Positions 39,594 through 50,983 of a stretch of DNA of 64,000 nt are shown here, piece after piece. Each line of letters begins with the position of its first letter. The stretch's first letter is position 1. The DNA is from Myxococcota bacterium. GTDB lineage: Bacteria > Myxococcota_A > UBA796 > SXON01. Position numbers and translations under genes: made by a program. The notes under the pieces are model-generated. The model saw only the letters and a list, made by a program, of their open reading frames with translations, had not been told where the DNA came from and did not search any database. Where the stretch lies: the NCBI GenBank assembly GCA_040386535.1, contig JAZKFH010000063.1, forward strand, positions 40,645 to 104,644, in the 5' to 3' direction.

Positions 39594-40807
39594 TGAGGCC
39601 CCCGATGCCCACCCGCCTGCCCACATCGATCCTCCGCACCGTGGCCCACCCCACCGCGACCCTCCCCACCGGCCGCGCGCGCTGGCTCTTGGCGCTGCTC
39701 GTTCCCCTCGCCCTCGCCTGTGGCGGCGGCCCCGCCGAGGCTCCGGCCGCGGCCGCGCCCGAGCCCGTCGTGGTGGGGGACGAGGATCTCGTCGTCGTCG
39801 CCCGGGAGTCGTTGGCCGCGGGGCCGCGCGTGTCGGGCACGCTCGAGGCCGCCACGAAGGCTGTCATCCGCGCCGAGGCCGCGGGGTCCGTCGAGGAGGT
39901 GCTCGTCGAGCTCGGGCAGACGGTGGAGAAGGGGGCGCTGCTCGCCCGGATCGAGGCGCGCACGGCGAGAGACGCGCTGGGGTCTGCATCCGCGGGCGTC
40001 GAGTCCGCGGCGAGCGATCTGTCGGTGGCCGAGCGCGAGCTCGAGCGCGCCACGCGCCTCGTGGAGGCCGGTGCGCTCGCTGCCCGCGACCGCGAGCTGG
40101 CCCAGAGCCAGGTGGTGTCCGCCCGGGCGCGCCTGAAGGACGCGCAGTCCCGCCGGGTGGGCGCGGCCGAGCAGGTCGACGGGGCCACCGCGCGTGCCCC
40201 GATGACCGGCGTGGTGAGCGAGCGGGCCGTAGGGGCGGGGGACATCGTCTCCCCGGGCGCGCCGATGTTCACCATCATCGATCCGAGCAGCCTGCGCCTC
40301 GACGGGGCCGTCCCCGCCGACGCGATCGGGCAGCTGACCGTCGGCATGGCGGTGCGCTTCAGCGTCCAGGGGCACCCCGGGCGCACCTTCGACGGAACGC
40401 TGGCGAGCATCGCCCCCGCGGTAGACGCGGCCACCCGCCAGATCCCCGTGCTCGTCACGCTCCCGAACCCCGAGGGCGCGCTGGTCGCGGGGCTCTTCGC
40501 GGACGGTCGCGTCGCCACCGAGGTCCGTGAGGGGATCGTCGTGCCGTCCGATGCGCTCGTGACCATCGGCGGAGTCCAGAGCGTGATGCGCGTGCGGGAC
40601 GGCAAGGCCGAACGGGTCGCCATCGAGGTTGGCATCCGCGACGAGGACGCCGAGCGTGTCGAGCTCCGGACCGGCATCGACCCCGGCGACATCGTGCTCG
40701 TCGGCGCCGCGCGGGACATCGCGCCCGGCACGCCGGTCGAGGTGCGCAAGGCCGAGGTGGCGCCGCCCGCCACGACCGACGCCACGCCGGCCGGCGAGGA
40801 GCGCTGA
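39593..40807 (+). CDS. RND periplasmic adaptor (MFP) lipoprotein
   Basis: LAC lipobox, G.V.EV.V..GQ.V.KG.LLA, RAP..GVV, L..GLFA. Confidence 0.9.
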   Translation: MRPPMPTRLPTSILRTVAHPTATLPTGRARWLLALLVPLALACGGGPAEAPAAAAPEPVVVGDEDLVVVARESLAAGPRVSGTLEAATKAVIRAEAAGSVEEVLVELGQTVEKGALLARIEARTARDALGSASAGVESAASDLSVAERELERATRLVEAGALAARDRELAQSQVVSARARLKDAQSRRVGAAEQVDGATARAPMTGVVSERAVGAGDIVSPGAPMFTIIDPSSLRLDGAVPADAIGQLTVGMAVRFSVQGHPGRTFDGTLASIAPAVDAATRQIPVLVTLPNPEGALVAGLFADGRVATEVREGIVVPSDALVTIGGVQSVMRVRDGKAERVAIEVGIRDEDAERVELRTGIDPGDIVLVGAARDIAPGTPVEVRKAEVAPPATTDATPAGEER

Positions 40808-43800
40808 TGTGGATCTCTGACTTCGCCATCCGCAAACCCATCGTCACCATCGTCCTGATGGTCGCGCTCGTGGTCTTCGGCATCGGCGCGTTGTTCCTCC
40901 TCGACACCGACGAGTTCCCCGAGGTCAACCCGCCGGTGGTGAGCCTCGCCGTGCCCTACCCGGGCGCCTCCCCGGAGACCGTCGAGCGTGAGGTCGTCAC
41001 CCCCCTGGAGGACGCGATCGCGGGCATCTCCGGCGTGGATCGCATCACCAGCACGGCGCTCGACAGCTTCGGCATCATCATCATCGAGTTCGACTTCGAC
41101 AAGGACCTGCAGCAGGCCACGCAGGATGTGCGCGACAAGATCTCGGAGACCCGGAACGACCTGCCGCCCGAGATGGAGGAGCCCATCATCTCGCGGTTCG
41201 ACCCGCAGGACCTCCCGATCATCTCGCTGACGCTCTCGTCCACCACGTTGTCCCCCGCCGAGCTCACCCGCATCGCTGATCCCGGCATCACCGGCGAGCT
41301 CCAGAGCCTGCCCGGCGTGGCCCAGGTCAACGTCGTCGGCGCGATCGAGCCCGAGCTCTCCGTCGAGCTTCGGCCGGACGCGTTGGAGGCCGCCGGCGTG
41401 AGCGTGGGCCAGGTGGTCCAGGCGCTCCAGTTCGCCAACCTCGCGGCGCCGGTCGGGCGCGTGACGAACGATCGCGAGGAGCGGACGATCCGGCTCCAGG
41501 GCCGCCTCGAGAAGCCCAAGGACTTCGAGGCCATCGCGGTGGCCGGGGCGAAGGGCGAGATCGTGCGCCTGGGCGAGCTCGCGACCGTCTCGGCCGGCAC
41601 GGAGGAGGCCCGGTCCCTCGCGCTCTTCAACGGCAAGGAAGCGGTCGGCATCGACGTGGTCAAGGCCACCGGCGAGAGCACGACCGCCGTGAGCGACGCG
41701 GTCCTGGCGCGGGTGGACCAGCTGCGCGCCTCCCTGCCCGCTGGCGTCGAGCTCACCGTCGTGCGTGACTCGGGCGAGCGCGTCGCCGAGTCGGTGGCCG
41801 ACGTGCAGAAGACCCTCGTGGAGGGCGCGTTCCTCACGGTCCTCGTCGTCTTCATGTTCCTGGCCAGCTGGCGCTCCACCGTCATCACCGGCTTGGCGCT
41901 GCCGGTGAGCGTGCTCGCGAGCTTCATCGCGGTGTGGGCGTTCGGCTACACGCTCAACACGATGTCGCTCCTCGGGCTGTCGCTCGCGATCGGCATCCTG
42001 GTGGACGACGCGATCGTCGTCCGCGAGAACATCGTCCGCCACATGGAGATGGGAAAGGACCACCTCACCGCCGCGCGCGAGGGCACCGCGGAGATCGGCG
42101 CCGCCGTCTTCGCGACGACCATCTCCATCGTCGTGGTGTTCGTGCCGGTCGGGTTCATGGGCGGCATGTCCGAGCAGTGGCTCGGGCCCATGGCGCTCAC
42201 GATCGCGGCCTCGGTGGCCGTGTCGCTGCTCGTGTCCTTCTCGCTCGACCCGATGTTGTCGGCCTACTGGCCCGATCCCGTGGTCGACGAGAGCAAGCGC
42301 GGCATCGTGGCCCGGGCGCTCGGCGTGTTCAACGGCTGGGTGGACCGCCGCACCGACACCTACCGCGGCGTCGTCCGGTGGGCGCTCGGTCACCGGTTCG
42401 CCATGGTGGTGATCGCCGCGGGGAGCTTCGCCGGGGCGCTGGCGTTGCCCGCGACCGGCATGATCGGGTCGAGCTTCTTCCCGGTCACCGACAACTCCGA
42501 GTTCATGCTCCAGCTCGAGATGCCCCCGGGGTCGAGCCTGCTCTACGGGCGCGCGAAGGCCGTCGAGGCTGCCCGGATCATCGAGCAGTTCCCCGAGGTC
42601 CGCTACAGCTACGCCACGGTGGGCGGGCAGGGAGAGACGGTCGACGAGGCGACCCTCTACGTGAGGCTGGTGCCGAAGGCCGAGCGCGATCGGCACCAGG
42701 ACGACGTGGCGGCGGCCGTGCAGGCCAAGGTCGACGCCCTCGCGGGCGTCGTGGCGTCCGTGTCCAGCGGCGGCTTCGGTGACATGAAACAGATCCAGCT
42801 CCAGCTGCAGGGACCCAACGTCGACGTGCTGGCCGACCTCGCGGATCGTCTCGTCGAGGAGGTCAAGCAGGTGCCCGGCGCGGTCGACGTGGGGCTCTCC
42901 ACGCGCGGCCAGAAGCCGGAGCTCGAGGTGAAGCTCGATCGTGACCTGGCGTCGACCCTCGGGCTCTCCGTGGGGCAGGTCGCGCAGGCGCTCCGGCCCG
43001 CCTTCGCCGGGATCGACGTGGGCGACTGGGTCGATCCCACCGGGGAGACGAGGGACGTGCGCGTCCGCTTCTCTGCCGAGGCGCGCCAGCGCGCGGAGGA
43101 TCTCGTCGCGCTTCCGCTCGTGGTGGTCGGGCCCACGGGCCTCGCCACGATGGTGCCGCTCGGCCAGATCGCCGACATCGCGCAGGCCCGCGGCCCCGCG
43201 CAGATCCAGCACCTCGACCGCGATCGCGTCATCGTGGTGGAGGCGAACCCGCGCGGGGTGCCGCTCTCCGCGGTGATCGAGGGCATCGAGGATCGGCTCG
43301 CGAAGTTCGATCGTCCCGCCGGCTACACGATCACTCAGGGCGGTGACGTGGAGGCCCAGCAGGAGGTGTTCGGGCGCACGCTCGGGGCGCTCGCGGTCGC
43401 GGTCCTGCTGATGTACTTCATCTTCGTCGTGCAGTTCGGGAGCTTCCTCGAGCCCATCGCCATCATGGCCTCCCTGCCGCTCTCGTTGATCGGGGTCATG
43501 CTCGCGCTGCTCGTGACCGGGTCCACGCTCAACCTCATGAGCATGATCGGCATCACGCTGCTCTTCGGCATCGTCGCGAAGAACGCGATCCTCCTGGTCG
43601 ACTTCGCGAAGCTCTCCGAGGAGGCGGGCATGTCGCGGCGGGAGGCGATCATCGAGGCGGGCGGCAAGCGGCTGCGCCCCATCCTCATGACCAGCGTGGC
43701 GATCGTGGCCGGCATGATCCCCGTCGCGCTCGGCCTGGGCGAGGGCGCCGAGTTCCGTGCGCCCCTCGGCCGCGCGGTGATCGGCGGCGTCATCACCTCG

Positions 43801-43929
43801 ACCTTCCTCACGCTCCTGGTGATCCCAACGTTCTACGACATGATCGTCGACTGGCGGGAGCGCTTCGTGCGGATGGTGATGCCCGCCCGGAAGACCGTGC
43901 ACGAGGGCGGCCAGGCCACCGGGAAGTAG
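40807..43929 (+). CDS. RND efflux transporter permease (AcrB/MdtBC-like)
   Basis: [43 protein letters not shown]; 1040 aa. Confidence 0.95.
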   Translation: MWISDFAIRKPIVTIVLMVALVVFGIGALFLLDTDEFPEVNPPVVSLAVPYPGASPETVEREVVTPLEDAIAGISGVDRITSTALDSFGIIIIEFDFDKDLQQATQDVRDKISETRNDLPPEMEEPIISRFDPQDLPIISLTLSSTTLSPAELTRIADPGITGELQSLPGVAQVNVVGAIEPELSVELRPDALEAAGVSVGQVVQALQFANLAAPVGRVTNDREERTIRLQGRLEKPKDFEAIAVAGAKGEIVRLGELATVSAGTEEARSLALFNGKEAVGIDVVKATGESTTAVSDAVLARVDQLRASLPAGVELTVVRDSGERVAESVADVQKTLVEGAFLTVLVVFMFLASWRSTVITGLALPVSVLASFIAVWAFGYTLNTMSLLGLSLAIGILVDDAIVVRENIVRHMEMGKDHLTAAREGTAEIGAAVFATTISIVVVFVPVGFMGGMSEQWLGPMALTIAASVAVSLLVSFSLDPMLSAYWPDPVVDESKRGIVARALGVFNGWVDRRTDTYRGVVRWALGHRFAMVVIAAGSFAGALALPATGMIGSSFFPVTDNSEFMLQLEMPPGSSLLYGRAKAVEAARIIEQFPEVRYSYATVGGQGETVDEATLYVRLVPKAERDRHQDDVAAAVQAKVDALAGVVASVSSGGFGDMKQIQLQLQGPNVDVLADLADRLVEEVKQVPGAVDVGLSTRGQKPELEVKLDRDLASTLGLSVGQVAQALRPAFAGIDVGDWVDPTGETRDVRVRFSAEARQRAEDLVALPLVVVGPTGLATMVPLGQIADIAQARGPAQIQHLDRDRVIVVEANPRGVPLSAVIEGIEDRLAKFDRPAGYTITQGGDVEAQQEVFGRTLGALAVAVLLMYFIFVVQFGSFLEPIAIMASLPLSLIGVMLALLVTGSTLNLMSMIGITLLFGIVAKNAILLVDFAKLSEEAGMSRREAIIEAGGKRLRPILMTSVAIVAGMIPVALGLGEGAEFRAPLGRAVIGGVITSTFLTLLVIPTFYDMIVDWRERFVRMVMPARKTVHEGGQATGK

Positions 43930-43972
43930 GCGTCATCGCGCCCCTGGTGCCTGGCCTCCCGCGTCTACCGGT

Positions 43973-46183
43973 TCAGGGAGCCGGTGCCGCCGGTGCCGCC
44001 GCGGCGCCTGCCGGAGCGGCGGCGGGCGCGGCGTCGGCGACGGGCGGCACCGGGAGGCCGGGGATCTTGACGATCCCGGCCGCGGCGAGCCCGATGACGA
44101 CGAGCACGACCGTCGCGAGCACGGCAACCGCGTAGGGCAGTCTGGACGCCGGCGCGGCGAACGGATCGCGCAGGTCGCGCGCGGAGCCGGGGGGGAGCGC
44201 GGCGAGCTGGGTGAGGGAGCGCCCGAACGGGATGTTGACGCGTGCCTGCGTGTTCAGGGCCCAACCGTCGGCATCGAGGATCGGGCCGATGTTGCGGTGG
44301 CGGAGCTTGAGCGCGGCGATGAAGACGGACGGGCCGGAGATCGCCAGGATCAGCCCGACCAGCCCGAGCGGCATCCACATGCCGAGCCCGAACACGGCCG
44401 ACATGATGGCGCCGAGCGCCGCGGTGATGCCACCGACCGCCACGCCGATCGCGGCGACGGTGCCGATGTCGATCTTGGCGGCCGGAGCGTCGGGGGCCGC
44501 GGGCTTGTCGGAGGTGGCCACCTTCGCGGCCGCCAGGTTCAGGGTGCCCTGGGACTCGGCCTCGGCGGCGGCGGCGCGCTTGTTGACGTAGTCCTCGACG
44601 GCTCGGAGGAACTTCTTGTAGGGAGACCAGAACGCCTGCCGGAGGCTGATCGGGTTGTCGACGATGCGCGTGATCGTGGCGTCGTAGTCGCGGCCCTTCC
44701 GGTCATAGAAGAGCCCGTTGCGGCCCACCATCAAGTTGTCCGAGTCGCCATCGGTCAGCGCGGCGCAGATGCTCATCTTGCGCCCGTCGACCTTGCGCGT
44801 GCAGTCCAGGTACACGAGGTAGGACCCCGAGCGGCCAGCCATGGACGCGTGGCGGCCGGCGTCGAGCACGCTGATGACCAGCTCGCAGCTGCGCTGGTCG
44901 AGGTAGAGCGTGCCCGCCTGGAACACGGCCTTGTCGCGACGGCCGTAGAAGACCGAGAAGTTGACGAAGTTGCGGAGCAGCTGCCCGAGGTTGGCGTGGT
45001 AGCGGACCAGCCGCTCGACGTTCGCGATCGAGTTGGCGTCCTCGCGACGCTCCTCGTCCCGCGCGATGAGCGCGAGGATCTCGGCCTTGCCGGTCCCCGC
45101 GAGGATCTCCGCCACGCGCGCGGGGCCGAGCCCGGCCACCTCGACGCCGGCGCGGGCCGCCAGCCATGCGCCGTACGGCGCGAGGTGGTCCTTCAAGCGC
45201 GCCCAGTCGGCCGCGGTGCACTCGGTGCGCTCGCCCAGGATCGGCCAGACTACGCGATCGTAGAAGGACTCGACGCGGGCGCTCCACGCGGGGTTCACGC
45301 CGTTTCGCAGCGGGAGCGCACGCCCGGGCTCCACGAGCGCGATGGGGAACGGCTCGAGCTCCACACATTCGGCAGAGAGGTCATGGCTGGAGATCCCGAC
45401 GTACTCGGTCTCCGGGCGGTTCAGCGACACGATGCTTCGGGCGTCGAAGCCGGCGAGGCGGACGCGCGAGAAGAAGTCGTCCACCTTGGTGCGGACGGCC
45501 TCGAAGGCCGCGTGGGCCGCGATCGTGGCGTCGGTGCCGAGCGGAAACAACACCGCGGCCTCGGTCGTGGCGCGGTCGTGCCAGTCCGCGAACGCCTGGC
45601 AGGCGGCGAAGAAGGCCTCGATCCGGGCCACGGTGACCCCGTTGTCCCCCGTGCGATCGTGCTCGCCGCCGAGGCAGAGCACGGCGTCACGGATCACGGC
45701 CGCGACCGCCGGGGATTCCGCGGTCTTCTCGGTGACGACGCCGTCCCCGTTGAACGGCATGTTCGCGAAGATGGCGCTTTCGTCGGAGACATCCGCCACC
45801 GTGAGCTCGGTGGCCGTGGGCTTGCCCAGCCCGGCCAGGATCGTCCGCGCGGAGGCGAGGGTGGCGCGGCCCTCGGGGCTGTCGTCCCGGATGCTCGAGA
45901 GCGGCAAGGCCGCGGCGGGCTTGAGGATCTCCGCGGGATCCCGCAGCAGGCGGCAGACCACGTCGACCGCGGCGAGCAGCTCCGGCACGCGCACGCGCTG
46001 GTCACCGTCCAGGTCGATGAGCGCCATCATCCGCTCGTCGATCTCCAGGCCGTGCACGGGACACCCGAGGGCGACCCACAACTTCTGGTCGAGCGAGCCG
46101 AGGTTGCGCAGGTCGTCCGCGGTCTCCAGGCGAACCTGGTCCACGCCGCCCGCCCGAAAGAAACGCCAGGGGTAGATGCTCAT
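43973..46183 (-). CDS. Large hypothetical protein with an EF-hand-like loop and C-terminal TM helices
   Basis: 736-aa ORF with normal codon bias; DLDGDQRVRVPE loop; hydrophobic segments near the C-terminus. Confidence 0.7.
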   Translation of the reverse strand: MSIYPWRFFRAGGVDQVRLETADDLRNLGSLDQKLWVALGCPVHGLEIDERMMALIDLDGDQRVRVPELLAAVDVVCRLLRDPAEILKPAAALPLSSIRDDSPEGRATLASARTILAGLGKPTATELTVADVSDESAIFANMPFNGDGVVTEKTAESPAVAAVIRDAVLCLGGEHDRTGDNGVTVARIEAFFAACQAFADWHDRATTEAAVLFPLGTDATIAAHAAFEAVRTKVDDFFSRVRLAGFDARSIVSLNRPETEYVGISSHDLSAECVELEPFPIALVEPGRALPLRNGVNPAWSARVESFYDRVVWPILGERTECTAADWARLKDHLAPYGAWLAARAGVEVAGLGPARVAEILAGTGKAEILALIARDEERREDANSIANVERLVRYHANLGQLLRNFVNFSVFYGRRDKAVFQAGTLYLDQRSCELVISVLDAGRHASMAGRSGSYLVYLDCTRKVDGRKMSICAALTDGDSDNLMVGRNGLFYDRKGRDYDATITRIVDNPISLRQAFWSPYKKFLRAVEDYVNKRAAAAEAESQGTLNLAAAKVATSDKPAAPDAPAAKIDIGTVAAIGVAVGGITAALGAIMSAVFGLGMWMPLGLVGLILAISGPSVFIAALKLRHRNIGPILDADGWALNTQARVNIPFGRSLTQLAALPPGSARDLRDPFAAPASRLPYAVAVLATVVLVVIGLAAAGIVKIPGLPVPPVADAAPAAAPAGAAAAPAAPAP

Positions 46184-46227
46184 CGGCGCATTGTATCAGA
46201 TGCGCCTGCTCGATTCCTTACGAGGAC

Positions 46228-47343
46228 CTACCACCACGCCCGGAGCGCGCGGTCGGCGTCACTCAACGGCATCCCCAGCGCGGTCTCCAGCGCCTTTCGG
46301 TTGTCGGCGATGGGGGCGTCGAATTTCAACTGCCCGAACAGCGCCTGGAGCGTGGCCTGCCCCTTGGTGGCCACAATCCACTGGGCGAAGGCGCCCGCAA
46401 CCGGGAACGAAGAGCCCTGTGGAAGCGCCCGGAACGCCTTGGGGTCGAGGAGCGTCTCCAGCGTGGGCGCGGTGCCCGCGGCCGCGAGCGCGCGCGACGA
46501 CTGCTTGATCTCGCGCCCGTCCCACTCCCCCGCGAACGAGACCGCGAGCCCCTCGGTGAGGAGCGGCGGGGGATCCCCCCAGGCGCGCGCGAGCACCCGC
46601 ATGATCGAGACCGCGTCGTTGCGGAAGAGGGTGTGGATCGTGGTGCCGGATACGTGCGCGTCCCGACGAACGCCCGTGTACTGGTCGATCGAGTCGAGGC
46701 TTCCGTAGCGGTGGTAGTCGATGCGGGCCTTCGTCGGCGTTCCGCCGAGCAGCGCGAGCGCACGATCGTACGCGTCGTCGTTGGCCGCGAGCTGGTCCTC
46801 GCGGAACGCGTCGTTCCCGAGCCAGTGGTAGGTGAACGGGCCGCGGCCGAGCGTGTTCCAGTCCAGGGTGACCGGCTCCACGATGAGATCGTCGTACCAG
46901 CCGGCGCCGGGGCCGGGCAGGAGGAAGCCGACCTCGACGTCGCGGGCACCCGCGGGCACCTGGAAGTAGCGCGTGAAGGGGGTCCACTCGGTGCCGGGGC
47001 TGCACGGGCCGGCCTGCGTCATCTCTCCGCCCTCAAAGCGCACGAACACGCCGCACGGAGCGTCCGTGGCGTTCGTGGCGTCCACCCCTTCGGTCTTCGT
47101 CCGCGCCTCGACGCGGATCCACGTCACGTCCCGGAGCTCCATCTTTCGGGAGACGGCGGTGAACTTCCGGGTCTTCGGGCCGGCGCGGAGCACGAGCGCG
47201 CCGTCCTCGACGGTCCATTCGCTCGGCTTCCCACCCCCGGTCTGGGCGCCGACGGAGATCTTCCACCCCTCGGAGAGCGTGGTTGCGTCGAAGCGCTCGG
47301 TGACGAGCGGGAGGGCGAGGGCGGTGGAGACGAGGAGGAGCAC
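46228..47343 (-). CDS. Secreted protein: CBM-like domain plus a degenerate peptidase-MA-like domain
   Basis: Short signal MLLLVSTALA; GTEWT..T..F.VP..A...G..WYDDL CBM pattern; LLTEGLA with no upstream HExxH. Confidence 0.6.
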   Translation of the reverse strand: MLLLVSTALALPLVTERFDATTLSEGWKISVGAQTGGGKPSEWTVEDGALVLRAGPKTRKFTAVSRKMELRDVTWIRVEARTKTEGVDATNATDAPCGVFVRFEGGEMTQAGPCSPGTEWTPFTRYFQVPAGARDVEVGFLLPGPGAGWYDDLIVEPVTLDWNTLGRGPFTYHWLGNDAFREDQLAANDDAYDRALALLGGTPTKARIDYHRYGSLDSIDQYTGVRRDAHVSGTTIHTLFRNDAVSIMRVLARAWGDPPPLLTEGLAVSFAGEWDGREIKQSSRALAAAGTAPTLETLLDPKAFRALPQGSSFPVAGAFAQWIVATKGQATLQALFGQLKFDAPIADNRKALETALGMPLSDADRALRAWW

Positions 47344-47432
47344 GGGGCAGCCCTATCCCGTCGGGCCCGCCGGGAGCGAGCGGCCCGATCGGGGGGCGCG
47401 GGTCGTCCGGGCGCATGGTACAGGTGCCTCCC

Positions 47433-48227
47433 ATGGCATCCCTCCGCACGCTGCTCCTGCCCCTCATCCTCGCCGCCTGCACATCGGAGGGCGCCCCCGA
47501 CGACACCGCGGACACGTCGGTGGACGAGGTGCCGCCGGCCATCCCCCTGGCCGTGCCGGGGACCCTCGTGGACATCCCCTCGGGCCCCTTCGTCATGGGC
47601 TGCGACACCGCGGCCCATCCCGAGTGCAACGGAGACGAGGCGCCGGTGCACACGGTCGAGCTCTCCGCGTTCCGCATCGAGGTCACCGAGGTGACCGTCG
47701 CGCAGTGGCAGGAGTGCAGGGACGCGTTCGGCTGCCCCGAGCTGTCGGGGGAGGTGGGCGCCGCGGACGAGCCGATGGTGGGGATGACCGTCGATCGGGC
47801 CGAAGGGTATTGCCGGTGGAAGGAGCGTCGGCTCCCGACCGAGGCGGAGTGGGAGCGGGCGGCCCGCGGGCCCGAGGGCGGGCTCTACCCCTGGGGGGAC
47901 GACGCGCCTGACTGTGATCGGGCCGCTTCGCGCATGTGTGACGGCGGGTTGGTGCCCGTGTCGACCCACCCCGCCGGAATGACTGCCGAGGGCGTGTACG
48001 ACATGGCCGGGAACGCGTGGGAGTGGGTCTCGGATGGGTACGACGCCGACTTCTACGCGTCGTCCTCCACCACCGATCCGGAGGGCCAGGCGCCGGGGGG
48101 CCAACGCGTCGTACGGGGGCCCGACGGATGGGCCGACCTGACCGTGCTCCGCTCGACCAACCGCGAGATGGCGATCCCGGACGGCGCCAGCGCGCTGGTG
48201 GGCTTCCGCTGTGTGGAGGCCGAATGA
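47433..48227 (+). CDS. Formylglycine-generating-enzyme (SUMF1) domain lipoprotein
   Basis: F.MG, E.P.H.V, TEVT, RLPTEAEWERAARG, YPWG, DMAGNAWEW, GFRC. Confidence 0.9.
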   Translation: MASLRTLLLPLILAACTSEGAPDDTADTSVDEVPPAIPLAVPGTLVDIPSGPFVMGCDTAAHPECNGDEAPVHTVELSAFRIEVTEVTVAQWQECRDAFGCPELSGEVGAADEPMVGMTVDRAEGYCRWKERRLPTEAEWERAARGPEGGLYPWGDDAPDCDRAASRMCDGGLVPVSTHPAGMTAEGVYDMAGNAWEWVSDGYDADFYASSSTTDPEGQAPGGQRVVRGPDGWADLTVLRSTNREMAIPDGASALVGFRCVEAE

Positions 48228-49240
48228 TCGCGCTCGCCCTGTTCGTGGCCTGTCAGTCCGACGGCCCCGCGGATGACCCCTCCGACGACACCGGCGCCGT
48301 GGAGCCCGCGGGCCCCTTCGTCGAGACCCTCGATCCGCACGTCATGCACGTGCTGGCGACCAGCACGCCCGCGCCCGGGGATCCCGGCCACGCGGTGACC
48401 GAGCTGTCCGTGACGCTCGACGTCCAGTGGGCGGTCGACCTCGACCCGGGGGCAGGCACCGCCGGCGCGGTTCGTTTCGAGAACGGCGACACCGTGTACG
48501 TGCGGTCCTCCCTGCCCCCGAACTTCGTCTCGGCGCTCGAGCGCGTGGACGCCGCCGGCGCGCTCGTCTGGTCGCAGGACGCGTTCTTCAGCGGCGCGCT
48601 CTCGTTCGCGCACGGCGTGGTCCTCACGCCCGACGGGGACTACGTCATCGCCGACCCCATCGTGTCCCGCGTGTTCGGGGTCTCCGAGGCCGGTGAGGTG
48701 CTCTGGGAGCTGCCGTTCCGCAGCGACGCCGGCACGTGGCACCCCAACGGGCTCGATCTCCAGACGGACGCCGAGGGCGTCACCCGCATCGCCCTCTCCG
48801 AGCTGGTCGCTCCCGACTCGCGCAGGGGCGAGCGCGTCGAGGTGTACCGCCTCGGCGGGCGCACCGACACCCCGACGCTCGAGTGGAGCTTCGAGGGGGG
48901 CGTCGGCACGGCCGAGCGCCTGTGGCCGCACGGGCCGCGGTTCATGGCCGACGGGAGCGTCCTCGTCAGCTGGGCGGCGCTGGGCCAGCTCGCGCGTGTC
49001 GAGGGCGGGACCGAGGACTGGCGCGTGCCGGAGGAGCCGGGCGTGCTCGCCTTCCCGCGCGACGCCGTCGTGTTGCCCGACGGCTCGTGGCTGGTCGCGG
49101 ACGCCGCCCAGGAGGTGCTGAGGGTCCACGATCCACTCGGCGCCTTCGAGATCGTCGACGCCGCGTACGTCCCCGGGGTCTTCGGCCTCACGGCGGTGAC
49201 CTGCGGCTCGGGCGGCGGCCTGCCCTGCTTGCAGCCGTAG
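48224..49240 (+). CDS. Beta-propeller lipoprotein (arylsulfotransferase-like)
   Basis: MIALALFVAC; blades with H....PDG, G..LW, WHPN; translationally coupled to the FGE gene. Confidence 0.6.
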   Translation: MIALALFVACQSDGPADDPSDDTGAVEPAGPFVETLDPHVMHVLATSTPAPGDPGHAVTELSVTLDVQWAVDLDPGAGTAGAVRFENGDTVYVRSSLPPNFVSALERVDAAGALVWSQDAFFSGALSFAHGVVLTPDGDYVIADPIVSRVFGVSEAGEVLWELPFRSDAGTWHPNGLDLQTDAEGVTRIALSELVAPDSRRGERVEVYRLGGRTDTPTLEWSFEGGVGTAERLWPHGPRFMADGSVLVSWAALGQLARVEGGTEDWRVPEEPGVLAFPRDAVVLPDGSWLVADAAQEVLRVHDPLGAFEIVDAAYVPGVFGLTAVTCGSGGGLPCLQP

Positions 49241-49243
49241 CGC

Positions 49244-50914
49244 TCACTCCTCGAACAGCTCCCTCCGCAGGCGCGTGACGCGCCGATCGTCCGGGGCCAC
49301 GACGAGGCGGTCGTCGAGGCGCCGTTGCGCCGCTTCCGGGTGGCCGGCCGCCACGAGCGCGCGCACGGCGGCCTCGAAGATGCGCCCGTCACCGGGAAAG
49401 GTGGTCAGCGCCTCGTCCGTGAGCGCGGGCACGGAGGGGTCCGGGTAGAGCGCCACGAGCTCGAGCAGGGCCTGGACCGGGGCGGGCTCGGTGGGCGCCT
49501 CGCGGCGCGCGGCGTCGATGTGGGCGCGGGCGGCGGCGGGATCGCCGATGTCGGCGGCGCCCTTCGCACGCTCGAGGAGCCCGCGCCAGCCGCCGGTGGC
49601 GCCCTGGGCAGTCGCCACCTCCTCCGGGAGGGGGAGGGTGATCCCATGGAAGATGCGCCCCCCCAGGTGTGCGACCCGGCCGCTGCGCGCGGGCACGTCG
49701 AGGAGGATGCGGTGTTCGTAGCGCCCGCGCGTGTAGAGCTCCGCGTCCACGCGGCGAAGGAGCCCCTTGGACTCGTAGGCGATGCGGAGGTGCCGACCGG
49801 GCACGCCGTCCCGCTCGACGTCGGTCGCTTCCCGCACGACGGCCCAGGGGTCGACCTCTCGATAGGCGTCGAGCAGCGCGTCGGCCGCCGTCGCGAGCGG
49901 CTTGGGGCGTTCGTGGTGGACGGTGCGCGCCACGAGCTGGCCGCCGTCGACGGGGGATACCCAGGCACGGTCGCCGGTGGCGGCCCAGCCGATGGTCCAC
50001 CACACCGGACGCGGAGCCACCAGGCCGTCCTCCTCGATCGCCACCAGCGGAATCGGCACCCGCGCCATCGTGGCCACCCCCACGCCGGCAAGGAGCACCA
50101 CGATGAAGGAGATCTTGCGGTTGCGCGCCTTCCAGACGGGCCCGACGTTCGGACGCAGGAACCACATCTGCGCTCCGCCCGCGAGCAGCCCGCCGATGTG
50201 CCCCCAGTTGTCGACCCGCTCCGACGTCATCCCGCGCGCGAGGAAGTAGAGCGCGAACACGAGGATGAACGCGCCGAAGTTGGAGCGCGCGCGCACCGGT
50301 AGCAGGTTGCCGTAGCGCAGCCCGAACACCGCCGCCGCGGCGAGCACGCCGAAGTCTCCCCCGGAGGCGCCCAGCGACGCGGCCCCGGGCAAGAGGAACG
50401 TGGAGAGGACGCCGCCCCAGAACACGCTCGACCCGAACAGCACCGCGAGGGTGAGCGCGCCGAGCACCCCCTCCAACGCGACGCCGATGTAGGCGATGAA
50501 CAACATGTTCATCAAGATGTGGCCGAAGTCGCCGTGGAGGAACCCGTGGGTGACCAGCCGCCAGTACTCGTTGCCCTCGATGATCGCCGGGGTGTACTTC
50601 GAGAAGGTCTCCGCGAGGTAGGGCTGGGCGGGCGTGTACTGGGTCCACGTGAAGATGCGCAGCTCGATCCCCACGAGCAGCGCCGTGAACCACGGCACGG
50701 CCGGGTTCGCCAGGGCCTGGCGCACGAGCACCTCGGGCGACGCGCGGAGCCCCTGGTAGAGCTCCAGGGCGCCGGCCGGAATCCAGCGGCCCTTCGTCAA
50801 CGGATCGGCGCGCACGGGCGTTTCGGGCCCGATCGTCCCGTCACGCACCATCTCTTCGAACTCGGGGAGCGCGGTGACGCGTTCGGACCCATCGAGTTGG
50901 ACATGCAGGAGCAC
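49244..50914 (-). CDS. Rhomboid intramembrane serine protease with extra N- and C-terminal domains
   Basis: WRLVTHGFLH....HILMN, GASG, HIGG; C-terminal soluble domain plus TPR-like helices. Confidence 0.88.
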   Translation of the reverse strand: MLLHVQLDGSERVTALPEFEEMVRDGTIGPETPVRADPLTKGRWIPAGALELYQGLRASPEVLVRQALANPAVPWFTALLVGIELRIFTWTQYTPAQPYLAETFSKYTPAIIEGNEYWRLVTHGFLHGDFGHILMNMLFIAYIGVALEGVLGALTLAVLFGSSVFWGGVLSTFLLPGAASLGASGGDFGVLAAAAVFGLRYGNLLPVRARSNFGAFILVFALYFLARGMTSERVDNWGHIGGLLAGGAQMWFLRPNVGPVWKARNRKISFIVVLLAGVGVATMARVPIPLVAIEEDGLVAPRPVWWTIGWAATGDRAWVSPVDGGQLVARTVHHERPKPLATAADALLDAYREVDPWAVVREATDVERDGVPGRHLRIAYESKGLLRRVDAELYTRGRYEHRILLDVPARSGRVAHLGGRIFHGITLPLPEEVATAQGATGGWRGLLERAKGAADIGDPAAARAHIDAARREAPTEPAPVQALLELVALYPDPSVPALTDEALTTFPGDGRIFEAAVRALVAAGHPEAAQRRLDDRLVVAPDDRRVTRLRRELFEE

Positions 50915-50983
50915 GGTGTCTAGCCTAGGTTCCAGGTCGGGTCTTATCCGCTCTTTCCCCCCTGGAGGTCCCCCTTGGATCAC

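Noticed and set aside
49244..50914. Rhomboid as the sortase for the CTERM of the CotH protein
   Set aside because: MYXO-CTERM processing is attributed to a different protease family, and nothing in the sequence links the two genes.
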